This document shows positions 48,098 through 62,189 of a stretch of DNA of 64,000 nt, in pieces (position 1 is the stretch's first letter; each line of letters begins with the position of its first letter). The notes under the pieces are model-generated. The model did not search any database and had not been told where the DNA came from. It saw only the letters and a program-made list of their open reading frames with translations. The translations under genes were made by a program, and so were the position numbers. This DNA is from Octopus sinensis (Eukaryota), in contig NC_042997.1 of the NCBI RefSeq assembly GCF_006345805.1, forward strand, positions 125,116,001 to 125,180,000. Reading direction: 5' to 3'.

Positions 48098-49744
48098 TTA
48101 CTCATGTAGATCTTTCAGCAGTATAAATTTGCTGAGCTAATGTAAAGTTTCAGACGGATTTTTTTCTTTCCGTTGTCAAGTGTTTGTGCGACGAAAGTTC
48201 AAGAAATGTAAGAAAAATATGGATGGATTGCAGAAGGTGTCGACGAACAGCAAACAAAGGATTTGAATGAAATATTAAATATAGTAAAAACGTCAAAAGA
48301 AATCATTTTTGAAGGTTAGTATGAAAATACTTTGAGGAGCATTGTGGGAAAAAATGTATTCGAAAATTTAAAAGCGAATTTTACGAAATAAAATTTTCGA
48401 TCAAATTTTTTTAAATGCGTCATAGTTTAAAAGTACAATGTTAGAATTGTACCTTTCAAAATTGTTGTGGTTTATTATCAGCTCTACATAAATCATATGT
48501 TTTTGTCTTATTGATGAATGGTCGTTATCATTCTGAAATTTTCGACTAGATATCAAAATAACTATCGTGCTTCTCTAAATAATTGATAATATTATATTCT
48601 TCTTTACGATATGTCTATAGGATAATATTTGTTCAAGGTAATGCAGATTAACTGTACGTTCTGTCTTATCAATGTGGTATTTCGTTGTATGGTTCTTTTT
48701 CGATTTAGTGGAGTTGATATCTTATCTTCTGCATTGCATGACTAACAACGTAGAATGGATGCGTAAATGGCCTCTCTTAAATTATTTCATTGATATGTAA
48801 AAGTGCCATTTACATGTTAAAAGTAACTCATTTTAGACTGTTTTTGTTGAAATATCCTCGTTGATGTTAGCACTGCTTAACTCCTGATCAAACTTGACTG
48901 TGCAGACCGACTATGAAAGATATAAGCTTTTCCGGGATATAGGACTAAATTATTAGATGTGACCTATCCTTTACCAAGATAGTAGAAGACTTTACTATTA
49001 TTTCTAGCCGATCGAGCGACCACGTACCGATTCCATCGTTCGCCTGCCTGCTAAATACTTCTCTGTAACGGTAGTTGATTAGGAAATGCATAAGTGGAAG
49101 AGTTTAGAATTATTTGCGCTCTATGGTTTAACGCTTAAGGATAAGCGATGTAGAGCAGATTATATTGCGTGTCATTTCCCAATAGTGGATAGAAAGATGT
49201 CTACCGGGATAAGTAATATTAAATGTTACGCCATTAGCCTCTACAGCATAATCCTAATAAGGAGTCGCCATAACTAAGATTTTTTCTATAATGGGGATGG
49301 AGATCGGCCAACTAATATGACTGATTAAGTTTTCTAAATGTTATGTCTGGGTGGCAAAGGTCGATATTAATGTATGACAGTTTTAAATTTGGCATACCAT
49401 AAAGTTTGTTTTCATGTGTGATTAAATCTATAGTGACATCTAAGAATGTATGTATGTATGTATGTATGTACGTACGTGTGTATGTGTGTATGTATGTATG
49501 TATGTATGTATGTATGTATGTGTGTATGTATGTATATGTAACGTATGTATGTATGTATATGTAACATATGTGCTTTTCTTTTGTTTGTCACCCCACCGCC
49601 TATTCGTTTGCTAACTCAGCGTTTCGATATGGTAAGTACAAGGCCATGAAAATTACTAGAGATGATCTGTTCGACTAAAATTTTCAAGTTACACGGCATG
49701 CCGCAGCGCAATGACTAAAACAAGTAAAGGGTAAAAGAGGTGGC

Positions 49745-49823
<79 letters not shown>

Positions 49824-50800
49824 AGGGAGAAAGAGAGAGAGAACCAATCAGTCTCTACTGGCAACAAGTCAATAATACTAAGTGTAGTCAATGTATTAGA
49901 ATGAAAGTTGTTTTCATTTGCCAAAAGTATATCGTGTAATTTTGCATTTATTCATTTTTATTTAAAGTATAAACCTTTCGTCCACCATTCGGTTTGGAAG
50001 GATTCCCCCACTCATATTATAATATATCCTTCTGATCTTTTTTTTCAAAGACGGGTTCGATCAACCTTTTACAATTATCGTACCCACTAGTTTTCGATAA
50101 AGATGCCTATGTAAGCGCTAATTGTATACAACCAACATGGTTCGCGATCTTTCAAGGTGGGGCTTTAATGTTTATGTTCGTGATCTGCTTGACAGATTTT
50201 TAAGAAGTGTTGTATGAAGTTTAACCAAATGAAGCAAAAGTATTTTGGCAGCTTGTGTGAATATTTTGTTATTTTCTAATGAATAACTACATTAACATTT
50301 TATTCGAGACCAGAATATCGCAGTAGCAAATTCTGCAACGTTCTGATATCAAATAATACTCTAATGCAGTTATTCATTGGCTTTATTTAGCGGTACTTTT
50401 CTTACGTGGGAAAGATTATAAAAGGGATCTCTCAGTGTTGAAGTATTTTTGCTAAATTTCATTCATTGATGAATAAACACCGTGCAGTTTTGAGCTGAAA
50501 GAGCGGTCCTCCATTGTTGTCAATAGTTCACCGCATTTACAGCAGAGAAAAGGACAGGTGTAGTTGTATGCTGTAGTTGTTTCCTGTTACAGTTTCTGGA
50601 CATTTACTTCGTGTTGATAAGTGAAGAAAAATTCTGTTTATTGAGTAGCTTTTGGTTTCAGCTGTCAAAAGGGTGTTTACAGGTATGAAAGTATACGTCT
50701 TTTGTTTTTTGTTTTTTTTCAATGATGTATTTGATACGGAAGTAACATAACAGATACAATGACTGTAGCGTGTGTGTATTTTCTAAAGTCATATAGATGC

Positions 50801-51235
50801 AGGCATGGCTGCATGGTAAAGACGTTCACTTTACAATTACGTGATCTTGGATTCAGTCCCACTGCACGGCACCTTGGGCAAGTAATTTCTGCTATAAACC
50901 TGGACCGACTAATGCCTTGTGACTGAGTTTGGTAAACAGAAACAACTGAGAAACCCGTCGTATATATGTGTGTATATGATGTATATGTGTGTCTTTACTT
51001 GTGTGTATGAGTGCCTTTGTCTGTGCGTCTGTGTTTGCTCCTCCCCACCGCTTGACAACCGGCGTTACTTTGTTTACGTCCCAGTAACACATCGTTTCAG
51101 CAAACGAAACCGACAGAATAATAAAACTGATTTTAAAAATATAAGTACTAGAATAGATTTGATCGATAAAATTTTCTTTGAAGGCGGTGCTCCAGCATGG
51201 CTGTAGTCCAATGAAACAAATAAGAGATAAAAGGT
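50801..51235 (+). mobile_element. Older full-length SINE family A copy
   Basis: ggcatggctgcatggtaa..ggattcagtcccactgcacggcaccttgggcaag..cgcttgacaaccgg..ggcggtgctccagcatggc. Confidence 0.8.
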
Positions 51236-52347
51236 GAAAGATAAAGATAGTTCATCCGGCAACACACACATATATACGACGGGCTTCTACACAATTTCCG
51301 TCAACCAAATTCCCTCAAGAGGCATCGAACGGCCTTGGACTACAGGAGGAAACAACTGCCCCAGGAGCCACGCAATGAGACTGAAGACAAAACGATGTGA
51401 TTGTCAAGCGAACTTCTCACCAAACAAGCAATGCTTGCCTTTATTTGTTTCGAAAAACAAAATTAAATTAATGGAAAGGTCACAGTTGAAATGCCTACTA
51501 GAGGTCTACTTTCAGGGTTGATCTGGGTGAAAACAATATAAAGAAAATGAATAAACTAACATACAAACAAACAAGTGGTAATTGATTGTTACAGAAATTC
51601 AATTTTCATTATGGGTCTCGCCCATTGGGTAACAACGTTATTGCAGATGTATCCTGACAATTGAAGACTTAAAACGATTACAGCTGAATGGCTTTATGTA
51701 TCCAGGAGAATTTCTTTAACATCAAATTATTTCCATGTGGGTTTTCCAATTTGCATATTAATCCACAATAATTCCTAAAGCCTGATCACATACGATAGTT
51801 CAACTACATGTTATGCATCGAAGAACAAAATTACATACTTGAAGAAATTTCCATTCATTATTTCCTTGTCTCTCTTGTTATTTTAGACGCCTCAAAATAA
51901 TTTTGTTACGTATATAAAATTATAAACCCCCATCAATATAAACTGAATAGAAATGATAGAATTAGCTCGCTTACACTTTGTCCTTGTATTTATATCATCT
52001 ATGCTTATGTGCGTGTCTGCGTGCATGTATATGCATATATTTATATAATTACATATAGAAAAATTAACACACATATATGTATACATACATATTCTTATAC
52101 AAACATATAGATTTATATATATATACATTCATAGGTGTCTATAACTAAATAGTATGTGTTTGTATATATATATATACATATATATGTAAATATATATGTA
52201 TATATATATATTTATAAATAAATAAATAAATAAATAAATAACTATATTATAAAAATGCGCACGCAAACAGATACACACATGTATGTATGCACGTATGTCT
52301 GTATGTATGAACGTATGTGTTTGTATGCATGTATGTACGTACGTATG

Positions 52348-52381
<34 letters not shown>

Positions 52382-52604
52382 TGTATGTATGTATGTATGT
52401 ATGTATTGTATACATGCTCGCATACACATTTAAGGGTCATTAAATATCAACTTACTTCAGTAAGAAAGAAGTTCTAACGCGCGTGTTTGACAAACGGATT
52501 GACGAGATCTGACAATGCAGTCCATGTCTCATCCTTTCCTTCATATTTATTGCTTACATACCAAAATCCGGAACAAGGTATGTAGGAATCTTCATGCACA
52601 CACA

Positions 52605-52653
<49 letters not shown>

Positions 52654-53119
52654 GCACACACACACACGCACGCACACACACACACACATGTATACATTTA
52701 TCAAAGCGTATCGCTTTCGCCGGTTTTCCGTCGATTGAGATGTTATGAGCAAAGGCGTTCCGAGGTGAATTTCTTTTTGTAATCTCTCAGCTAAGGGCCA
52801 AGTGGTGATAAATAACTCTAGTAATGAGCATTAGTCCATCATACCCATAATAACGCGTAGAGCGACTCAATATCACTTGCAGGTCTATTACAGTAAATAA
52901 TTTCGCTACGCTGATTCTCTAAAATTTGCAAGTACATTTTGAAAGATATGTATCCGCTGACATACCTATGTTCAACGCACGAATGTGTTCAGTTTTTAAT
53001 TGGTATCCTACTCGTCTTAAGGGCGAACGATTTGCACAGTATCTTTTTCCACAATGCAAATTATAGATTGTTGTGGGTTCAAATAGTGTGTTGTCATTTA
53101 TAAATTTGTATAAGTTGAA

Positions 53120-53515
53120 AGGCGGCGAGCTAGCAGAAACGTTAGCACGCTGGTCGAAATGCTTAGCGGTATTTCGTCTGCCGCTACGTTCTGAGTTCAA
53201 ATTCCGCCGAGGTCGACTTTGCCTTTCATCCTTTCGGGGTCGATTAAATAAGTACCAGTTACGCATTGGGGTCGATAAAATCGACTTAATCCGTTTGTCT
53301 GTCCTTGTTTGTCCTCTCTGTGTTCAGCCCCTTGTGGGTAGTAAAGAAATAGGTATTTCGTCTGTCTTTAAGTTCTGAGTTCAAATTCCGCCGAGGTCGA
53401 CTTTACCTTTCATCCTTCCCCGATCGATAAATGAAGTACCAGTTACATACTGGGGTCTATCTAATCGACTGGTCCCCCCACCCAAATTCCGGGCCTTGTG
53501 CCTACAGTAGAAAAG
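53120..53515 (+). mobile_element. SINE family B, partial tandem dimer
   Basis: Full monomer to ~53350, then the body repeats from ggtatttcgtctg. Confidence 0.88.
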
Positions 53516-53860
53516 AATTTGTATAAGTTGATTTCCTGTTTATGTAAAGTTTATGTATGATTGTTTGCCTTGCTCTAGCATGTATATTGTCTGTGTACTT
53601 TAACAAAAGGGAAACAGTAGAACTTCGCTCTGTGGTACTCCAGTTGTTACCACAGTCTCTATTAACCACCGGTGTTTGAGTTAGGACTTTCGGGAAATCA
53701 GAGATCGAAATATCCAAGTTATCTGTGATGTCAGCATCGATGAATTGCAAGATAGATTTCTCCGGTCGACTCTATGCAATCATTTCACGAAATCAAGATA
53801 TGTAGAGTCCACCAGAGAGAGACAGACAGACAGGCAGTCAGAGAGATGGATAGATAGATA

Positions 53861-54196
53861 TGTTTCTTTATTAGCCACACAGGGTTGCACACAGACAGGA
53901 CAAATTACAAGGTAGAGCTTTTCTTTTGGGGGTAAAAAAAGGGGGTTTGGTTTTCGATCAAAAGGGATCGTAAAGGGAAAGAAAGAGGACAAAAAAAGGG
54001 GGGAATAAAATTTTAAAAAACGGGGGAAGAGGGAAAAAAAAGGGGGGGGATTTATCAATAGGGATCGTTATCACAGAAATGTCAATATGAAGTGTAAAGG
54101 GGAGGACAGGTGAGGTTTACCCGTAGAAAGAAAAGCCTACGGAAAAGACCACGGTAACCTCGGTCAATGAAGTCACATGTTATATTTCTTTTTTTT
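53861..54196 (-). mobile_element. Third copy of the Tx1 LINE, 3' UTR only
   Basis: tgtttctttattagccacacaggg...gaagtcacatgttatatttc as at 12003-12370. GATA-type repeats on both sides. Confidence 0.92.
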
Positions 54197-54234
<38 letters not shown>

Positions 54235-54993
54235 CATACATACATACTACATACATACATACATACATACATACATACATACATACATACATACATACAT
54301 ACATACAAGATAAATGGACCTATGCGTTGTATTTTGCGGGACATGCTTCATTTAAATGGTCAACTAAATGTTAGGTCCATCCTCCTGCAAATGGTCACCA
54401 TTTCCGAATACAATTGGTAACGAGTCAACTTCGATCACAAAATCCCTATTCCATATTGAATTCGAAATACCTTCTTTACAAAGCCATACTGGATTTTGTT
54501 TAATATTCACTTCTTCAACGACCAAAACACCAAAGTTTTTATTCTTTAGATTTTAAAATTTCCTTTGTTCATAAATTCTTAAAAATTGGAAAACAAGCCG
54601 ATAGAGACAACTTTAATCTATTCACTATATTAATCATCAACATACGTACATGAGGTCACTGCTTGTATAGCTTGTGTTTAGAAGCAAATTCAAAGAACTT
54701 GTCTATAAACATAATCTGAACTAGTGATGACCTCATAGGTCGAAAGGTATATATGCAGATGACTAAGAAATAAAATAGATTAATCTTGTCATTGTTTGCT
54801 TGTTTTTTCAATTTATTATTTTTTTTTTCAAATTTCATAAAGAAAACTAGATTTAAGATCTTAAGACAGACATATTTACTGCTTTACTGCTTCGCCCGGC
54901 ATAGAGTTGAATAATACAAAGAGAAACCGGATGTTTTGAGTTTACACACTCACGTACATATCTATATATTCATGTGTGTGTATGTCTTCATTT

Positions 54994-55094
<101 letters not shown>

Positions 55095-55123
55095 ATATAT
55101 ATTTATATACATATGTATGGCGA

Positions 55124-55154
<31 letters not shown>

Positions 55155-55273
55155 AACCCATATATATAGGTATATATTAATTCATTATATATCCAAGTAT
55201 ACACATATGTTTGTTATAAATATACACACAAACACACACACGCACATATATACACATATTTATATGTATGCGT

Positions 55274-55304
<31 letters not shown>

Positions 55305-55825
55305 TATAAAACCTACATAAACTTATATGACAAAGAGTGAGAAGAGAAGGATGGGAAGATTTGCATATTTGAGAAACGGCTTTTCTTATAAACATGTATT
55401 GAAAACATGTCTAGGTTCTATTCTCATCCTTTTATCCTTGTGTTTTATTCATGTTTTTGTATTATTTCTTTTCTTTTATTTGCAACCGTAAACCATCGTC
55501 CAATGTTTGTAGATCTTCCTAATCTCTTCTTCATGATTAAGTGATATTCGCGTGTGTTGCTCTTCCTGTATAGTAAATACTAATGTGATTGGCGTAGACG
55601 TTGTTAACGGAACTTGAATTATTCAGAGATAGATTTATGTGTCATCATTTGTATGTTTGTGGTTGTCCGCTATATCGTGAAATGTCTGTGTTAGTGGCAT
55701 TTGTTTGGGATCGCTACGTTCGGAGTTCAAATTACGTCGAGTGTCTCTCAAATACTTTTATTGAGGAAATTGACTTGCCTTCTACTTTAAGATACCTTAT
55801 GCAAATTTTGAAATAATAACGATAA

Positions 55826-55857
<32 letters not shown>

Positions 55858-55884
55858 ATGATGATCATCATCATCATCATCATC

Positions 55885-56430
55885 TTCATCTCTTTCGTCT
55901 CTTTGACTGAGCTCCAGTCGTGGATCAAACGTAAACCGGGGCAGGGCTCCTGGCACATACAGTGTCGTCAGGCTCTCACATTCCTCTGCTAATCGGACAA
56001 TGCTCTCGGTGGAAGTTCCACTTAAGCATAGGTTAGTGGCGGGTAAGTGCGCTGACTCTGGGTGTTGTCGAGATTCAGTTGGGTGGTTGCTCCAGAAAAC
56101 TTTTGGGCAGGGGTCCATGGATAATTTCCAGAAATCCTTGGCCTGGCAGTGCTAGCGGAAGCATTGCCTGTTCGGGACAAATTCTACAGGCACAGAAGTG
56201 CAGTCAACCGGGCTTGCAGGAGATGCGCGCAGAGTGACGAAACTTTCAGTGGGTTTATGTCGAACACCTGCAGTCACGTGTGGCACGGACCCGACATTCG
56301 GCTGAGTCCATTGTGAAGGTAATCCGGCCGCCTTCCTTTCGCCAGAAAGAGCACGCTGTTTTTCTTTGCTTGATAGCCTTCGCGAAACAGGTTGTGTAGC
56401 GGACCAGACGCATGCTGTTCAAACTGGATA
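55885..56430 (+). mobile_element. Divergent, decayed Tx1-clade ORF2 fragment (different subfamily)
   Basis: VSLTELQSWIKRKP..FGQGSMDNFQKSLAWQC*R/ALPVRDKFYRH..CRRCAQSDET..WVYVEHL..SAESIVKVIRPPSF aligns motif by motif with ORF 12496-13467. Confidence 0.85.
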
Positions 56431-56459
56431 TTATACATAAACTCACTTAAAAATTGTTG

Positions 56460-57365
56460 CTCTCCTTCATAACAGAAGGTAGCTTTTTAAACCTTTCACT
56501 GTTTTCAACGAGCTTTAGCATGCAGTCGTTAGGTGTTTCAAGATATTTTGCCAGTCCAGTTGTGGTGGTTTTGTAGATTTTAAATTGGATCAAGCTTCGA
56601 CCTCCTTGGTTTTCAGTTTCCCTTTCTGGAAAGTTGCCTTGGCATATTTATCGACCCAAATTCCATACCAATGTCATCACTGAATGATTTCACAGTACGT
56701 AGTAGTCAGTCAAGCGCATTATCGTCTTTGCCATAGAGTTTTAAGTTATCTATATAAAATAGATGACCTATTTCCTTGTTGCCAACTTTATATTCGTAGC
56801 CCGTTTTGTTGAGTTCTCTTGTAAGTGGTATTAGGGCTATGCAGAAAATTAAAGGTGAATGTGAGTCACCTTGGATGCTGCAGTTGGTATTGATATTTTT
56901 TTGTGATCAGTATTCCATTAGAGTGGCATAAGTGTTGATTCGTATACCTCATTGACATGTTGTGCTTCAGGAAGCTTGAAATCACAGAAATTTTGAAGAT
57001 ATCCAGCGATTTCAAGAGCCATGAATATGGTATGTTGTCGAAGGCCATTTTGTAATTAATCCATGCAGAACTGGCATTTCTGCGTTTGTTACGACAGTTC
57101 TCAAGGATCATGAGATTGATTAAGAGTCTTTGCATCCATATGAGCCTCGTCAGCACCCTTTTTTTTCAGTGGGGAAAATATCATTCTGTTCCATAAATTT
57201 GTATGTTTTTCCCACGAGGATGGGTGTTAAAATTTTATATGTGGTAGATAGACATGTTATGGGTCGATAGTTTTGGGAAATTTTGGTTTCATTATTCCTC
57301 GAGAGTAGGTAAGTAATACCTCTTCTAATTAATCAGGTGTTTTCGTAGCATCTCCCATAATTTCA
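56460..57365 (-). mobile_element. Decayed non-LTR RT fragment, R4/Dong-like
   Basis: NYRPITCLSTTYKILT, GSYGCKD, AWINYKMAFDNIPYSW, GDS..PLIFCIALIPL, HLFYIDNLKLYGK and FSDDIGMEFG are decayed versions of the GIFQGDSLSP/YMDDLKLY type RT. Confidence 0.8.
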
Positions 57366-57384
57366 TTGAATAACTGAATGCTTA

Positions 57385-57530
57385 TTATTGTTATTTTTCT
57401 TTTCTTTTTCTTCTTTCTTCAAATTTTCTTCTATTTCTCGCTGAGTGTCTTCCGTACACCTAGGGAAGAGAAGTTCATTGTACGCATTCCCAGATTACAC
57501 ACGCAAATTCACAGGTGAAATATGTATTTA
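57385..57530 (-). mobile_element. Probable short 3' terminus of a retroposon with a decayed TAA-rich tail
   Basis: ttattattgttattttt..caaattttcttc..gagtgtcttccgtacacctagggaagagaag. I recall this as a common octopus repeat; assignment to the R4-like element is inference. Confidence 0.35.
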
Positions 57531-57635
57531 AACAATTAGTAAATAAATAAATTTATGAATGGATGTTGTTTTCACAGCGATAATGCTCTTCTCTATTATT
57601 ATTATTATTATTATTATATTATTATTATTATTATT

Positions 57636-57679
<44 letters not shown>

Positions 57680-57714
57680 CGTCGTCGTCATCGTTGTCGT
57701 TGTTGTTGTTGTTA

Positions 57715-58268
57715 TTGAGTGAGAGAGCAGTGCATGCCATCAAAGTGACACTCGGGTAAAATATACGAAGCCCAGTATACCAAACATGACTACCGTCTGA
57801 TAAGAGTGCACCAGGCACATGCATCACAACCATATGTGCGCGATATGGTGATCTCATATCAAGATAAACAGTGCATGACCTTGTAGGTGGGGCTCAGAAT
57901 TTTCTTCTGGTCGAGTAGCCCATACCGCTCAAAAGGTCCCTGAATAAGGGTTGTTTAAGGATGTCGAACGAAACACCCATGTTTCCAGGGGTGAATTATT
58001 CAAACCCCAATGAATCCCTCTCAACAAATGGCTATGATGCTCCCCCACTACTTCTGCTCGTGATCAGAGATCCACATATCGTCAGCCACTACGGAACATG
58101 CTCAACTGGTTAAGGTCAAACAACTGACAAGAAAATTTGTGGTATTGAGCAGAATATTTGCTGTAGTCCATCTTTTATACTAAGACAAAACACTGTACAT
58201 GATAACACTTCCAATCAGTTAAGATCTGAAGCCACGAGAGCCACTGCCTAGTACTGTATCAGGGCATA
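57715..58268. mobile_element. ~550-bp non-coding interspersed repeat bounded by (ATT)n/(GTT)n tracts
   Basis: GC-richer block from ttgagtgagagagcagtgcatgcc to gtactgtatcagggcat, between trinucleotide tracts 57596-57715 and 58268-58315. Recognised from memory as a common octopus repeat; no second copy in this window. Confidence 0.55.
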
Positions 58269-58319
58269 TTATTATTATTATGATTGTGTTTATTATTATG
58301 ATTATTATTATTATTGACA

Positions 58320-58510
58320 ACGAGCTGAATAAACCGTTACAGCTTCAGTAAATATGCCTTACAACATTACTCAAGTTTTATGCATTCTGGCTTCAAATGC
58401 TGCGCCGAGGTGAAAATCACATGCTTTCGGGTTGAATAAAATAAAGTACCAGTCGATTGTAGCAACTTCTCATTCCCTTCAAAATTGCCGGCCTTGTACC
58501 AATATTAATG
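58320..58510 (+). mobile_element. Degenerate SINE family B copy
   Basis: cgagctgaataaaccgtt..ttcaaatgctgcgccgagg..gctttcggggttgaataaaataaagtaccagtcgattgtagc. Confidence 0.55.
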
Positions 58511-60334
58511 ACTCCAGTATCAATGTTTCCGTGACATATCATTTGTGTTGCAACAGTTTTTTGCGTGATGTTTCTTGCGTTCTATTTTATGAAATCTTTT
58601 ATATGGTTCCTACATTAAACTTGGTACGTACTTCCTTTTTGAGTGTGCTTTCTGTATTTTTAATAAGTGTGTGTCTATGATTGACATCTTGAATTGTAAT
58701 GTTTTGTATAGTTTGCTCCGGTAATATATGAGGATACCCGATGTTGGTAAGTGTTTGTGGTATTCTGGGTATTTTTATATCGAATGTGTCGATTATGGGG
58801 AAATAATGTAATTGCTCTTTCTATGTGTGGATATCACTGACATTTAGTAACTTGGCGGATACTCACTGTCTCCATCCGCTTAAGTGTGTGCATTTATTTG
58901 TGATATTGATGTAAACGGATTTGATATATCTATTATTTTCCGCTTAAATGTTTATATCTAGAAATAGAGTGATTTTATTGATAGGAATTTTATCGTTGCG
59001 GACGTTAAATTTTGCCGAACAGCTATTGTCTATGTCCTCCTTTAATTTCATGATGTCTTCCGTTGCGGCCAATACGACGAATGCAGCACTCTCTCACACA
59101 TACAACGCACACACATATATAAATGCTCACACACACATGCACATATACACATTCACACACACTCAGACATAGCACACACACATGTATGTGTATACTTTTG
59201 AATGTTAGTACCTTGGTCCAACCTCGATCTTTCTGTACACGCGGGTACTGTCATCTTAGTTTTATGGTAGCACTATACTCCGTCATTTTATACTCATATA
59301 CATTACGCAATACCACAGACTCACATTTTCCCTTGTAGTCTGAGCTTTGTTGACTGGAAAAATATTTGAAAAATTTACTAAAACAGCCAATATATAGCAC
59401 AATAATTATCTAACGAAAGCAACTAAATTTTCGTCAATCCTCACTTTACTAGTTTAAAAATAAAAGGGCACATTTGATTATGCATTCCTACATTATTCCT
59501 AAAATAACAAGGTAGGTCACAGCTGGATTGTTTTCGATCGTAAGTCTACTCGTTTAGGACTGACTCAAGACAAAACAGCAATCACAATAACAACAGGTAT
59601 TATCAAATATAATTCAACTGTTTTAAATATGATTTCTCCAAATCATAATTTAATAAAAATAAAACGTAAATGTGAGATTAAATTTAATAAAAGATTCTTC
59701 AAATTTTCTCTTTGTTTAGCCAAAAGATGACAAATTCCAGTGAAGTTTGTCTACTTCCAGGCAACCAGTGGTGTTGATCTGTTTAGGAATTTCTAAATCA
59801 ATTTATCTCAATCATAGTTAGCAGCAAGACGTGTGGAAATTTCAATCTTCATAAATACACTAACTTCAATTTTAATGCAGAAATATAACGAACATCATAA
59901 CAACAAATTTTACTGGGGCGTGTGTTAAATTATGAGGCACAAAAAGAAAAATTACTCTCTCCAGACAAAACAGAACATTATAACATTATTTTCTTTAATC
60001 TTGTATTTTCTATCATTTACTTGTCTCAGTCATTTCGCAGTGACTTTACTGGGGCTCCGCCTTCGAAGGTTTAGTCGAACAAATTGATTCCTGTACTCCG
60101 TTTCGGACCTCATTTGCGCCTCGTAAAGCTGCTTGTTATTTCCTATATGCAACAATAGTTTCTCTGTATAATTCGAATATATTTGTCCTTGTGATCATTT
60201 TACTAATCCCCATGTATCGCACCGCTAAATTGTGTGTTTCGCATACAGGGACGCAATTTCCCGCAAGAGTTTTACACTGATAAGTATAAACATAAGCATG
60301 GAAACAGATGCAAGTGCACATACATATATACATA

Positions 60335-60553
<219 letters not shown>

Positions 60554-61299
60554 AGCGGAGATGTAGACAGAAATCTAAACAAGGAAACGGACAGATAGAC
60601 GACCTTCCGTGCGGTTTCTGTCGACCAAAATTGACTCCCATCACTTGAGACTTCAGTAGTTGATTCCATCAACTTGAGACTTCAGTAGGAGATACTTGTC
60701 GAAGGGTGGTAGCAGAAAACTTCAGGGAGAATTTATTAATCAGACACCTTTTTCTGCATCTCTGGAATAGATATCTTTTCTATCTCCCCTTAGGAAAATA
60801 GATAACTTTCACTTACTTCAATAATTACTATAATTTATACAGCATCCATTAACTGTTTCAGTTTGCATGTAAGGAAGATTAAATGGTGTATTCTAAAATG
60901 TTGAGCGTTCACATTGAACTCCATCACCGTTGGTGATAGCCACTATAACTATTAAGGAGCAAAGATATTTATTACCAATAATATTCTAAAACCAAAAATA
61001 AATTTTAAATTCTCCTGTGTAATAACTCCCGAAAAAAGAAAGTACCATCCAATGAAACATAACAAATAATTGCAGAGCAATAAAAGAAATGGAGGGAGGA
61101 AGTTTAATTATAATAATTGCAAGGCAATGGGTAGAAAAAGAAATTTAATACATTATACGGGTTTGTGATTTCAATGAGATAAAATGAGATAAAATATTAA
61201 AACGTATAATTCTTTAATTACATTAATCTGATTTTAGATTCTGTTTTCAGCCTTTATTCAAATGATGTGTATCACATGCTTAGAATCGAATAGAATGAA

Positions 61300-62070
61300 A
61301 CGGTCTCTGTGCTGTGCGCTATGCTGTGCTCTCCCTTTCATCACGCATATAGCTCCAGACATACTAACATGATGGAGAAATTGCGTCTATTTACAACAAC
61401 CTATACACAATAATCAGATATGATAACAAGATATTAATAATAGTGTAGAGACTGCAACATATGCACACCATCAAACATAGCAATGGAGTGTGGCGTACAT
61501 TCATTTAATTTGTCATATACACAGCATCACACATATTCACGTGTCGTCTCTGCTATTTTCAATTTATTGCGTCAGATATGAGAACTTGCTAGCTAAGTAG
61601 CCTGTCTATGGTCTACATCCGACTATGATATCATTGTTTGGATCTTCCTGACAGCTCATACCATTCTAACCTATGCTTGTCTTCGAACAGCATCTTCCCA
61701 ACTTCAGTGTATCCCAAGGTTTGGTTAATTTTAACCAGTCATTTCATCATGCCACACTGTTCTTCGAAAAGTCAAGTCGCTATTTCGCATTGAGAGATCA
61801 CAGCTCGAGACCCGGACATGTGATTAGAATACCACAGGAAATGATTGCAAGACAGATTGTTCGAGACGTGCGAACCGGCGCCTGAACTAAGGATAGACCA
61901 GGAATGAGATGGTCGGATAATATTTATAGTCTTAGTGGGTCATATTTGGGAGTCCAGCAGCAAAGTATAATGATGATTGCATCTGAGGGAACCCAATGGA
62001 AGAGGTGAATGAGGAGTCTATCCCCTCGATCTTCCTAGGAAAAGTGGACGGCAATATGGACGGATGAATT
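61300..62070 (+). mobile_element. Heavily decayed RTE-like LINE pieces (APE-like and C-terminal motifs)
   Basis: DGEIASIYNNL..KILIIV(GD)CN resembles the APE GDFN region. RPGHVIRIPQEMIARQIV..KDRPGMRWSDNI resembles the RTE RWLGHV.R...GRPR.RW motif. Confidence 0.6.
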
Positions 62071-62189
62071 GCAACCATTGGGCGTTAACGATCTTCTTAC
62101 CGTCACTCCCAGCAACACACTCTTATGCAGGTTATTTCCCTCTTTCCTTCAAACTTCCTTAACCTTTTGCATACATTAATTATTCAAAC

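Noticed and set aside
53502-53750. 82-aa ORF, with VTTGVPQSEVLLF in another frame resembling an RT motif
   Set aside because: A single weak motif with no neighbouring RT motifs; too little to call.
54365-54560. ~60-codon open frame on the minus strand (KNFGVLVVEEV...GDHLQEDGPNI)
   Set aside because: No recognisable homology and no clear splice pair. Within chance expectation for this window size.
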